Translations under genes and position numbers: made by a program
In this document: positions 23,901 through 36,100 of the stretch, in pieces
Numbering within the stretch: position 1 is the first letter of the stretch
Layout: each line of letters begins with the position of its first letter
Notes under the pieces: generated by a model
What the model saw: only the letters and a program-made list of their open reading frames with translations
What the model was told of the DNA's origin: nothing
The model's database searches: none
DNA from: Catajapyx aquilonaris
Lineage: Eukaryota
Assembly: GCA_000934665.2 (NCBI GenBank)
Contig: KZ538563.1
Location: forward strand, 1-61,560
Length of the DNA stretch: 61,560 bases
Direction of reading: 5' to 3'

Positions 23901-25222
23901 AGGACATTTCTATCACCATTCTCACCCACTTCAATCTCTACAGACCTCACGAACCTCATGAACCACTTATGTACATTTCGATAACAATTCACAGGATATT
24001 GTGGCATGGCAGACCACATCACAACATCGGCAATAGATACCTTTTCCCCTGCCAACCAATCTGCATGGGCAAGACGGTTCTCAAGTGCCCTTATTACTGC
24101 TGCCTGTTGCACACGGTTTCCATGAATGAGAGATGAATGGGCCAGATCCAGCCATAGGTCAACTTCTGCCACACTTGCTTCATCCTGCTGCTCGTAGTTG
24201 TATGGTGCAGACATGAGGCGTGACAAAAATCGTGCTATATTAGCTTCACCTTCAATAGCCACCTCCTTTGAGGAACTTGCTAGTAGGGAAACATCTCGCA
24301 GACCTGGAATAAAAATAAAAAGATCATATCTCATTCTGTAGAATATGCATGCAAAGAACTTACCTCTTTTATATATCAACGTCAGTGCTACCTGGCACAT
24401 GCTTCTATCTTTGTCCCCGACCTTCATTGAATTAAAATTGGGAATCAATCTGCAGTATTTATCCACAGAAGAATGCACATGAGAGCGTGCATACACATGG
24501 AGTCCACACTCCTTCATCCAATTCCGTAAAACAATCAATGAGTATGGTGGATGATCTGGATCACAGGTGATCACCAAGTCATGGATCACCCCTCCCTAAA
24601 GAAAGGTTCAGTTACACAACTTGTAAAAGCAAAATAGCTTTTGAATCACTGAAACCTGTACCTGGCTTTCCAATTTCACAGCCCCTGACATTTCTTTTGA
24701 GATGAGGTGTGGTTGTTCAATGGGCTTTGTGGTAGCTGGCAATTGATGGTTCTCAATGTGAAACTTCAATTGCTCAATGTGAGACTTTAGCTTCTTAAGC
24801 TTTCTCAATACATCCTCCTGCTGCTTAGTTAGTTCCTCGTAACTCTCCCAATCTTCCCTCTGAAAGTAATCATTTGTCGATACATAAGGAACTCCTAAAT
24901 ACACGACAAAATCAATGATGAAATAATTACAGCATGCGTACATGTAAATAACCCTTGTCAACCTATACATGCAGCCCAACTACCCTGAAACTCAGCCAAA
25001 TTTCTCAAGCCACACCTCTGACCAAAAATAAACCCAAAACTTGCCAACCCCTAGTCAGCTGTGCTGTTTTTTCTGTCCACCTGTTTACGGTACCGTGCTC
25101 ACCTCCTCCGGCGTCATCTTCAAGACCTCAGGTTCTACGCCCTGTAGCTGTGGAAGCTTGTACATGACCGTCGGCAGTTCTAACTGCTGGGGCAGCACAA
25201 ATACGGGCGGTAGTTTGTACAT
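23405..25222 (-). CDS. AIMP2: AIMP2 (multisynthetase complex scaffold p38) fused to a C-terminal ProXp-ala/PrdX deacylase domain, ~482 aa; exons 25222-25103, 24859-24662, 24595-24364, 24303-23405
   Basis: N-terminal MYKLP...ELPTVMYKLP (LysRS-binding motifs), coiled coil, DLVITCDPDHPPYSL, IEGEANIARFL, and a GST-C region WLAGEKVSIADVVMWS, followed by the PrdX domain. GT-AG junctions have matching phases (0,0,1). AATAAA lies on the minus strand at 23363-23358. Intron 1 may hide an extra small exon. Confidence 0.9.
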
Positions 25223-26104
25223 ATTTGTAACAATGCCCAAGCCGCGCCGGCTGCTCTCCGATGACGTATGATGCAAGTACTCACGGTAATGACGGTAACT
25301 CACGTCTTGTCAGGGTTGCCAACTGTACACAAGCTCGTACAATGAGTTGTGCATTTATCCTACACACATATTAATCCTAAATTACTTTTAAAATATTTAA
25401 GCAATAATCGCATTAAAATTGTACGGAAATTCTAACTGTCACATCCCTCTGCCGGCCCGCGCTTGCACTATTTAGTCCAGCACTTCCCTCTGGCGGACCG
25501 CTCTCGTATTATCCTCCCCCATTCTACCCAACCTGCTCTTCCCCCCTTTCCACCTTACCTCCCCCATTCGGAAACGAGCTTCAGTTGGCTTTCCCCCAAT
25601 GTTAAACCCTATGTGCTCGTCTCATATCCGTCCCGCCCCGTGTTGGCCCCGTGTGGAATTGCCCAGTGGGTGAAATTACTGCATATGTAAGCCATATAAG
25701 GTGAGTAAAAGTGAGAGTGGGGGGCGGTGGGGGAGGGGGAGCCCGTAGGCCTGGATGAAGCGTCATGGCTGCCAGGGCGGGGGCCAATCAGAAGGGCCGA
25801 TACATCTAATACTAGGTGTGCAACAGTATGGAATCGGGGCTGTATTATTAAGCGGGGTAGTATAGCCATTAGGGGACGGGCCATATCAGACGTTGGGGGC
25901 AACAATAGCCAGCTGAAGGGGGGGGAGTCGTGTGGACAGTGTTGTCGTATCTCATTGCCGTTTTGGCTCCCAACCCCTCCCCTCCCCCTGATGTGTGAAC
26001 GTATAGTGTGGGGGATGATCCCCCAGTCTACCGTCACGTGACCATTTTTGGCGCAAATGTATCCTGAAATGTGACTTGTTTACATGCAGTGAGGTGTTGA
26101 AGAC
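25223..26104. promoter_or_regulatory. Probable bidirectional promoter and 5' UTR region between AIMP2 and BPTF
   Basis: Divergent ATGs are 882 bp apart, and the interval is GC-rich and free of TEs. GC boxes ~25721 and ~25775, CCAAT 25784, palindromic GTCACGTGAC 26033-26042, E2F-like TTTGGCGC ~26047. Possible UTR intron 25701-26088. Confidence 0.6.
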
Positions 26105-27107
26105 ATGTCTACCAGGGCTTCACGCCGGAAGGGCCGGCCACCCAAGACACCGTCCACACCGGAACAGCCAAAGAAGTTTCAGGTGCATTTGCTAAAGAAG
26201 CCAAAGTACCTGCAGGACAAGGAGAAGTACCCGGAGGTGCGGGTGAGGCAGAGCAGGTCGGTGTCAAGGACGTCCTCACCTGGCGGGAGCGAAGACAGTC
26301 GGAGGACACGTCGCCTGCCACCACCGAGGAAGAGTCGGGCCCGAGGGAATGCGCGGTCAGCATTCAAGAAACGCGGCTACAATCCTGACGCAGTTGATGA
26401 CAAAGAATCGGAATTCCTCTATGGATCGGACTTTGGTGAATCGGAAACGAGCCAGAGTGAGGCTGTTTCAGAGGTGGAGGCGGAGAAGTCTTCTACCGAG
26501 GCTGACAACTCCAGTGACTCAGACTTTTCCCTTTCGAGCTATCGGTCGGTGCCTGCAGCAGCCCGTAGGCCCCAGCTCCGCCCACCCACCCCACTGCCAA
26601 TCTGGCTGCAAGATATCACAGTACCCCCGATGGGACTTCCCCGCTCTTCGGATGACCTCCTAATACCTCGTCAGCATGTGATGCAGACCCTAAGTGTGTA
26701 TGAGGTGATGCGGCACTACCGTGTGTTGTTGCGGTTGAGCCCGTTCAGGTTTGAGGACATGTGTGCAGCTCTAGTGGCCGAGGAAATGAGTATGCTCCTG
26801 GCCGAGATGCATATGGTGTTGCTAAAGACTTTGCTTCGAGAGGAGGATGCTCAGCAGACGATGTTTGGCCCATTTGATCACAAGGATAGTGTGAACATTG
26901 TTTACTTCTGCATTGACACTATTACGTGGCCAGAGGTATTACGTGCATATATGGAGAGTGACCGAGGCTTCAGTCGGGAGGCACTCAGAATCCTCAGCAC
27001 AACGGAGTACCCATTTACAACATTTGAAAATCGGTTAGCAGTGCTCCAGTTCTTGACTGATCAAGTTCTCATCTCAAGCCCAATCCGGGAGGATATGACT
27101 AATGAAG
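26105..27107 (+). CDS. BPTF: BPTF coding exon 1 (AT-hook, acidic region, DDT, WHIM1)
   Basis: ORF 26105-27139 up to the donor GAAG|gtaag at 27108. Confidence 0.93.
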
Positions 27108-30100
27108 GTAAGAAAGTTTTTCTTCAGATCTATTGCTGAGTTAGGGCATGGAGCATTTCAAAAATATGTTGAACGATTGTAATATTTTTTACATGTGTGA
27201 GTAGTTTTGTCAAAATGTTGACTTCTGAGTGTCAGTCACACCTGGAGCACTTTTGTTGCTGATGAATATCAATTTTGTCTCTACCTAGACAGATGTATCT
27301 GCAAGAGTGTCAAAAGTCTTATAAATGGTGCGAGAAGTCTCATTTTGTTGCATACAGTTATGTGGCCAGCCAGAGCAACATTACTGGTATCCTGACATGG
27401 CTACCTGGGGCACAGGAAAATACTGCCTGTGTGCAAGCCAGTGAATATTAGAGATTAGTGGGATAGACTGACCGTAGAGGTGCCTGAAAAATATCTAAAA
27501 TACCATATATCTAAATTGCATTTCATAATTTGCTGGTTTCTTTGTGATATCTGTTGCGGGATATTTTTCCATCCAACTGCCACAATTTTTGGTTGATGTT
27601 ATTCCTAATGGCAGCTAAAAAAAATTAACTCAGTTTTGATATATTTTTACAGCATTGCAAAAAATTGCATTTGAAATTGGCATTTTTTCATTTTTTTTCT
27701 CCACATGAAAATCACGACAGGTGTGTTACGAACATGGATAATAACACTGATCTGCATTTTTTGACTTTTTTTCTGTTGTTTTGAAATAAACAGGTGTATC
27801 CGAACTGATTTTCTCTGCAGATTACGAAAATGACATTGAAAATCTCCTCCCACGTCAAGTTTTCGAGTTACAGGGTGTGTCATAAATTCATGTGGGTATG
27901 TCCACATGTCCAGCGTGTGACGTGGATGGAGTTGACCTACAGCAATGTCCTTACACCACATTGTTGTGAGACTCATCCTTGTTACTACCACCAAGTTTGA
28001 TTCCGATTGCATCATTCCACTGGGAGTTATGCACCTCAGAAGGTGTAAAAGTGTGGGTCGGAGATGCATATTGGTGAACTTGCGGGCATCAAATAAAATC
28101 ATAATTTTGTAATTAATCGAGATAACATTAATTGTGACATTGTACAAAAGAGTAGGTGGCGATGCTCTATCATACGCCATCATCAAATAAAGTGCACGAC
28201 AATTCAAGATGAATCAGGAGCGTTGGGAAGAGACCCCCACCCATGCACAAAAGGCAAGTTATCGGGAAGGCGCAACGTACGCGGTGGGCTGCCCCCCCCC
28301 CCCCNNNNNNNNNNNNNNNNNNNNNNCGGTGGGCCCCCCCCCCCCCCCCCGCGCAATATGGTCGACATCTATATGCCAGAAAAAATTGTAATCGCCGGAT
28401 CTTCAAAACTCAGCAAAGGTCATCTCTGTATGTGTTACCGTTTTTGAATAAAAAAATACGCGCCATGACTTTTGACTCAACCCTCGTATGCAACACTACA
28501 CATTTTGTGCATGGGTGGGGGTCTCTTCCAAACGCTCCTGATCCATCTTGAATTGTCGTGCACTTTATTTGATGGCGTATGATAGAGCATCGCCACCTAC
28601 TCTTCGTACAATATCACAATTAATGTTATCTCGATTAATTACATATTTATGATTTTATTTGATGCCCGCAAGTTCACCAATATGCATCTCCGACCCACAC
28701 TTTTACACCTTCTGAGGTGCATAACTCCCAGTGGAATGATGCAATCGGAATCAAACTTGGTGGTAGTAACAAGGATGAGTCTCACAACAATGTGGTGTAA
28801 GGACATTGCTGTAGGTCAACTCCATCCACGTCACACGCTGGACATGTGGACATACCTACATGAATTTATGACACACCCTGTAACTCGAAAACTTCACGTG
28901 GTGGAAGATTTTCAATGTCATTTTCATAATCTGCAGAGAAAATCCGTTCAGATAGACATCCATTTCAAAACAACAAAACCTTACGTATTAGTGTAATTGT
29001 TTAATTTTTCAGGTACCGGTACTGGTAGATTATGATTGAATTTTTGAGCTCTCAGTTTTGTTCATTAAAACTGGAATCAATGATATTGGGGTGTCCGAAG
29101 TCATGGCTTTTTGTTGATTACCCCATTTGAAGGGACTTGTACAATACTGGAAAAAATAGCCCGTAATCCTTACAAGCAGCACCAAGTGGCCATGCAAGCA
29201 GACGCAAGTTGATTCATGCACTCTTCCACTTGCACCTGCTTGCGTGGCCGTTTGGAGCTGCTTGCAGGCATACAAGGCAATTTTTTTCGAGTTGTGTACC
29301 TGTGTTACCAGTGTTTTGAAATAGCTTACACATATTTTAGTGAACTGTTGGCAAGTCTAAAAATCATGTCATTTACCATGATTTGAATAGTAAAATAAAG
29401 AATCTGTTACGTTCCTAGCACTTCCTGTGGTGATTTTCGAGTGGAAAAATAGCAGGATAGCAAATTTTAAATGCAGCTTTTATCAGTAACTGGAATAGGT
29501 GGTATAAACTACGTTACACGGTTCGTCTGACATTATTAGGAACAACTTCCTCAAGATACAGTGTATTGTGATGGTCTGGGGAAAAAATTACATGATTCAG
29601 ACCCTTTTCCCACTAATTATGGGTCTGTGTCTCCCAAAATAGCAATGAAGTTTGGGTTGTAACCAATCACAAAGAGGATTACAATATGTTACTATGGTGA
29701 TTGTCAAACATCTACTACAATCTTGGAAATATACAAACTAGACTTTGCTTTTAATAATAATTTAAGCTCACATCCATATCTACAAGAATGTTGCACACAA
29801 GTCTTGTTGGCACCCTGACAGTTGTGCACAGGGATGCACAATCATTTCTTCTCATGGTCTCATATTTTTTTGGGTCAACTTAGAATTAGTAGTGCCAACT
29901 TGAGGCAGGGGCAGCCATGACATTTCAATGTGAGCAAACTTATAAAACATGCAGTATGTTTAGGGGCCTACCCTTTTTGGCAGGGGTACAATTATCACTT
30001 TATTTAATTATTGATATCACAGTGTAGGTCCTTGTCAACCATATAGTGTAAGATCCTTGCCATATTAAAAAAATTGTTCACATCCAGAATTTAAAATAAT

Positions 30101-33100
30101 GTGTATTGCTGAGTTGCCACATTTGGAGCACATCTGCATTTGCTTTTACTATTATTGCAGTCATATCATCCCAACCATCCCATAGATCAATATTAGGTCA
30201 TTACGACTCGAGGGCTATCATTGCAACTCATGTAAGGAGAAGTGGGGCAATCTCTTACAGCATTTGTTTTAAAATTGTTCCCTGCCATCAGGTTGGCATG
30301 ACATGTTGCACTAAATTGTCCTGCTATATGTGCCACGACAGGAATCGTTTTACGAGGGTGGTTCAGTAAATAACCTTATAAGTTGATTTACAAATTTATA
30401 TTATACATCATTTGAACTATTCTTGCTTTAGGTTGTACGGCCATTCGTGTAGTAGGTATGGAGTGTTTCAGATCCACCAAGTGACACCAGGTAGTCACGT
30501 GACAGCTATTTGAAGATGGGCGGTCTCGCTGGAGGTGTATACCAGAGAAGAGCAGCGGTTTCCTTGCCAGTGAAGATGTGAAACCCACAGACATTCACCA
30601 TCGGATGAAGGCACAGTATGGTAGTACCTGCATATCACTAGAGCAGGTGTGTGAATGGGCCAAGAAGTTCGCAGGAGGCTTGACAAGTGTGCTGGACACC
30701 CGACGACCTGGTAGCCCGCACACTGCTGTTACGGACGAGACTGTAGCGGCCTCAGATGAGCTTATTCGTCAAGACCGACGCATCAGTGTGAAAGATGGGA
30801 CTGTTGGGTCAGTTGAGGTCATCATACATGAGGAAGCACCTGAGATACGCAAAAGTGTCGGCCAGACAATTAACACTTGAATTGAAGGAACTGCGTTTCG
30901 ATGCATGTGCAACGCTTCTCAGACGTTATGAGGAGGAAGGAGATGACTTTTTGTGCCATATACTGACTGGCGATGAATGCTGGGTGCATCACTTCCAGCC
31001 GGAAACTAAACGTTCCAGCAAAGAATGGCGACACAGATCTTCCACAAAACCCAACTGCTCTTCTCTGGTGCACACCTCGAGCGGGGCCGCCATCTTCAAA
31101 TAGCTTTCACGTGACTACCTGGTATGATGTGGTGGATCGGAAATTCTCCATACCTACTAAATGAATGGCTGTACCACCTAAAGCAAGAATAGGTCACATA
31201 ATGTATAGTACAAATTTGTAAATCAACTTGTAAGGTTATTTACTGAACCACCACCCCAGTGAGAGGGAGCATGGACTGGGGTGACTGCAAATTATCTCTC
31301 TGAGTGAGTATGAGAGAGTCATATTTAACCACACACGAAACTTTTTTGGTTGTGAGCTGGTGTGATTTTGGTAGCAATCAAGATGTGACAGTTGCACTTG
31401 TTGTCCATATTGCCAACTGCCATTGGCTGTAAACTGTGGGGATGGGTAAAATTGCCCAGGGAAAAATCTGTGATGAACTGCATTTTATCATAACTCTTGT
31501 TTGAGGTTTGACAGGAGAAAAAAGGGTCACTTATGGAATTGCCCTGGTGTGCTGGAGGAAATGGGTGAATACACTACCCTCGATTATGTCAGTGTTCCTG
31601 AACAGAATGTGATAAATGTACAATGTTCTGAAATTTTTTTTTGCACCTCAAGAGTGGCATACTGGTAAAATCAAGGATAACCAGATTGTAGAACATGCAT
31701 ATCTGGTGTCTATCCTGGCACGCTATAATCTCTCTATCTATAAATAAGGAAGTTTGTGAGTTTGGATGTTTGTCCCTTACAGAAATCCAGGGGAAGGCCC
31801 CTACACCGCCTTAAATTAGCATATCGGGGGTTACATTTTCCAAGGAATCTAATGCCGCATCTTTCAGCTTCTGAAAATGAACCTAACTCCCACAACACGT
31901 ATGTTCCCGAATCTTCTCTCTTCTCGGGCCTCAACAATTAACTTACATAAAATTCAAATAACAATATATCAATTCACATTCCCATGGAAATGCCTTTATG
32001 CAAAAAAAACCATTGCCGTATATTCAACGCATCCACCAATTACGCTAATTGGCCACCTCACGTGAGTTCGTATCGTATGGTCATTCTGGGATTTTGTGGG
32101 ATTTGAAACTAGACTAAATATATAATAATACAATAATAAATACAATAAAATAATACAGTATTTACAAAATAATATTACTCCGTGTTGAAAACAAATTTCC
32201 CACCATGCATCTGTACGTACATTTCTAAAGTTCTTCAGAGCAAACATATGTAATGAGGTGGGGGTGTGAAGTGGGGTGGGGGTGGGGGGGTCAAGGGGTT
32301 AAAAATGCAGGGGGGAAAACACGTGACTGTGCGGTCTTTTCCTGGGCCAACCATCCACATACCTCTTTTTACACATCCAATCAGAATATCTGTGTCGACT
32401 ATACGCTATTAAGACAAGCAGGTAATCTATCACAGATAGTGACAAACTTTGGCTTATTGCAACGTATAGGGCCTATTTTAAGACATATCGAGTTTCGAGT
32501 GTATGGAAGGGAAATTTTTACAAACACACACACACTTCCTAAAATACTGTGTATGTACCCCTACCTTTACCAGCACCCCAACATACCCGGGCAACGCTGG
32601 GTAACCTGCTAGTTAATAATAAGGCGGGCCAGTTGGGCTTAGTTTTGCATAGCCATGATATTAAGTCAATGCCAAGTTTTTCTCAAAATTGGTAGAGGTT
32701 GGGAAATATTCCTCCAAAAGTGATCAAGGTGGCATGGGTTTAACCTATATGTAGGGCACAGTGGTCCATGAGGCACAGTGGTCCATGAGGCACAGTGGTC
32801 CATGAGGCACAGTGGTCCTTCTATTTTAAAGATATAAGAAACCAGAATAGCATCTTCATCTAGTACCTCGTGAAACAAGTCACTATTGTGCATCTTGCCA
32901 ACATGACGGCCACCTGTGAGATGCCTGCGATCCTACTTTATCAGGTGAAAGCTACTTGAAGGGTAGGGAGGTAACTTCTAACCCACAGTTTAAATGCCAT
33001 GTCAGCCATAGGTGCTGGGCAAGATCCCGATGTAAAAATGTTGTTGAATATTGTCATCCTTTGTCCATAAATACTGGAAATTTGGAAAGCGTCATTTGCA

Positions 33101-36100
33101 AAGGAAGCTGTGATTCATAACATCATGTCAGTTGCTGCCCTCTGGGGCACAGTGCTCCATGGACCAGTGAGCATCTCATTGGACAACCATGCCCTCTTTT
33201 GCCTCTGTAGAGTTATTAATGTCATCATAGGTTTATATGCTAATGGTTTTGACAGACACTAGTATGAAATAAGTTCATGTGCCGAAGGATGTGGCAGGAC
33301 AAGGTCTATATTCCGGAGAGAAACGATGTTTCCGGAGAGAAATGATGTTTCACTCATGTCCACAGGTTGCTGTAACAGAAGTCCCCCTTTCTTATTTTCT
33401 ATTTATTTAGAGGGGTTAGATGTACGATAATAAATAGTATAATTATACTTCATGTGAATTAGGGGCCCCAATCACTTCCGGACCACTGCGCCCCAGGCAT
33501 CGGGGTACAGTGGTCCATTTGCATAAGGCGGCTTCTAAAAAAAATTAAGCCAAAGGGATGGCATTGCCTGTGAATATATTAGTGACATATATTACCAATG
33601 AGTACCTCCACCATGCTGGAAAATATTGGGTGTGTAGATATAACAGGAACTCTTATGAAAATTCAAGTGTACGTAAGTGGACCACTCTGCCCCACTGGTC
33701 TCCCCTACTTTACAAGTGTTGAAATTCACATTTTTGGAGTGATAGTGTTTGCTTGATTTACCAAATGAAAGTATACCTTTCTGAGTCCCCCTAAAGGGGC
33801 TCTGCCCCAACAATGGGGTTACTTAAATAAAATAAAATAAATAAAATATACCATTCTGATAGTCATTACTGACCATGGCAGTGGCAAGTGACCTTTGTTA
33901 CAATAAGAAAACGTTCAGTGGACAAACACCAGTGCATAACGGTAAATTTTGTCTGTTAGGAATTGTCTCAAGATCTTGAATCTCATTCCATTGTACCTTT
34001 TGTCACTCTCTTCTAATTTACCTGTGCAACCCTTGCTTGTATGCCCATTGATATACCTTAATTTAGGCTACATCCATTTCATTCAGTGGCAAATGAATCA
34101 ATATTTTATGAGGGCCATACTAAAATGAATTACACTATTTTTTTGCCACTAACACAGGACCCATGCAGGTTGGCAGATAGGCACGCATTATCAATAGAAT
34201 CCTTCTGGAGCGGAATGCACTGGCACCAAGGGTGTGTCAACCTCTCCAGGCCCTCCATGAATCACTTTTTGATGTTGGGGTGCACCCACTGCCAGACAAC
34301 TGCTTGCAGTCAACGTTGTCCTTGAAATGGCATTGGTGAAATTTTGTCATGGCTCCGAACAGCTGAAAGTCACTGGGAGCCAGGTCTGGGAAGTACGGCA
34401 GGTGTGGATGCACCCGAAGAAGGATCCATGAAAAAATCCCTCAGCCGAAGCCATTTCGAGGACATTGTTGACTGTGAGCAGTTGTCCAGGAGTGGGTGGC
34501 CTCCACCTCCAAAAAGTGGTTCCTGGAGGGCCTGGAGAGGTTGCCACACCCGTGATGCCAGTGCATTAGGCTCCAGGAGGATTCTGTTGATAATGTGTGC
34601 CTATCTGCCAACCTGCAAGGATCCTGTATTTGGGGCAAAAAAGTAAAGTGTAAATCATTTTAGTATGGCCCTCGTGACCTCAACATTTTTTTAAATGCCA
34701 GGGTAAAGGGAGCTCAAGTTACCCAAATAATTCAAAGGACTGAGACATTTATTTTCCTGTTAGTGAGGATCTAATGGAAAGGAAGGTACAGTAATTCAAA
34801 TCTCTCTATTGGCAGCTAAGACCCAGTATGATGACCATTGCCGAGTGTGTCAGCGCTTGGGGAGCCTAGTGTGCTGTGAAACTTGCACTGGCGTGTACCA
34901 CCTTCACTGCATCTCTCCTGCACTGACAGAAGTTCCTGAAGATGATTGGCAGTGTGGTATATGCCAAGCACATGAGGTAAGGAAAAATTTAAATTCTAAC
35001 TCTTCAAGTTTTAGTCTTGTTGTTCCATATTTACAGTAGTTTCTGATGTGTGGCATGTCCTGGCTGTCAAGTGGTCTCATGGTGTAAAAGGCAGCACTCT
35101 GGATTTCTTGATCCAGCGGTCCGGGTTCGATTCTCGGTGGGACCTTATACAGCCTTGACTTCTGTGTACAAGTGTTGGCCTGAATGTTGAAAATTCCTGT
35201 GTTAATTTTCTGCATAACTGGATTGCTATAATTCAGCATGCTTTCATTCATTACAGAAATTCTATTAGTTGAGGTTTCATTTTATTGCTGAGGAGTGTTT
35301 AAATGAAATGTACATGTAAAAAATATTACTTATATATGATGTGTGGCTATGGTGCCGTGGTCCCATGATGCCGGAGTTAGCATTTTGGATTGTTCAAGTC
35401 CAGCAGTCTGTTTTCAAAGGTCTTAGGGACTTGCCAGCAAAAATAGTTATAATTTTCCATGCGCACTGAGTAGATCATGTATAGTAGGAATCCGATCATA
35501 ATAAACTTCTGAAAAAGTGGAAGGGTTGTAAATTGCAACAGTGCAAGGTTTAGGACCGGACGGGAAAGAGGAGGGTCACTCTCAGATTAGGACGACCGGG
35601 TCCTCGCCTCGGGCTTGTACCAGCTGGGGAAGTGAGGCTCCGAAAATAAGCTGATGAATTTTTTATGGGTGACTCTTTTTGCATTTTTGACAGCAAATAT
35701 GAATTCTAAGGTGTCGAAAACCTATATTTTCATACTTGATTCGTATCAGGCATGTCACAAATAGGCCACGTGCATGTAAAGAAAAACTTGATGTGCAGAT
35801 GAAAGAATTTCATTTCGCAACTGCACCGTCTATATTTGGACTCAAATATCACTGGACAGGGAGGGGTGGGAGGGGAGGGGGAGAGAGTGTCATTTACTCA
35901 TTTTTGAAACCTCTTCAGTAGGCCATAGCGGGGCAAGTATATAGCATGTTCGCACTGGTCTCTTCCTAATTTTGTGAAAATGGCTGAAGATCTGCCAACA
36001 ACTCCAAAACGGAAGTCTCCCTTTTTAGTGGTTGGCAGAGGTAGAAAACTGAACAGTAGTGCCATTTCGATGGCAAAAAATGTGCACCAGTACGTGAGTG

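Noticed and set aside
23405..24589. The 394-aa ORF as a complete single-exon gene
   Set aside because: It starts at a GTG just inside exon 3 and includes a 60-nt intron; the true N-terminus is at 25222
24860..24979. CMYRLT in AIMP2 intron 1, in frame with exon 2, as an alternative LysRS-binding start
   Set aside because: The match is short and is followed by intron-like low-complexity sequence, so it is probably chance. RNA data would be needed.
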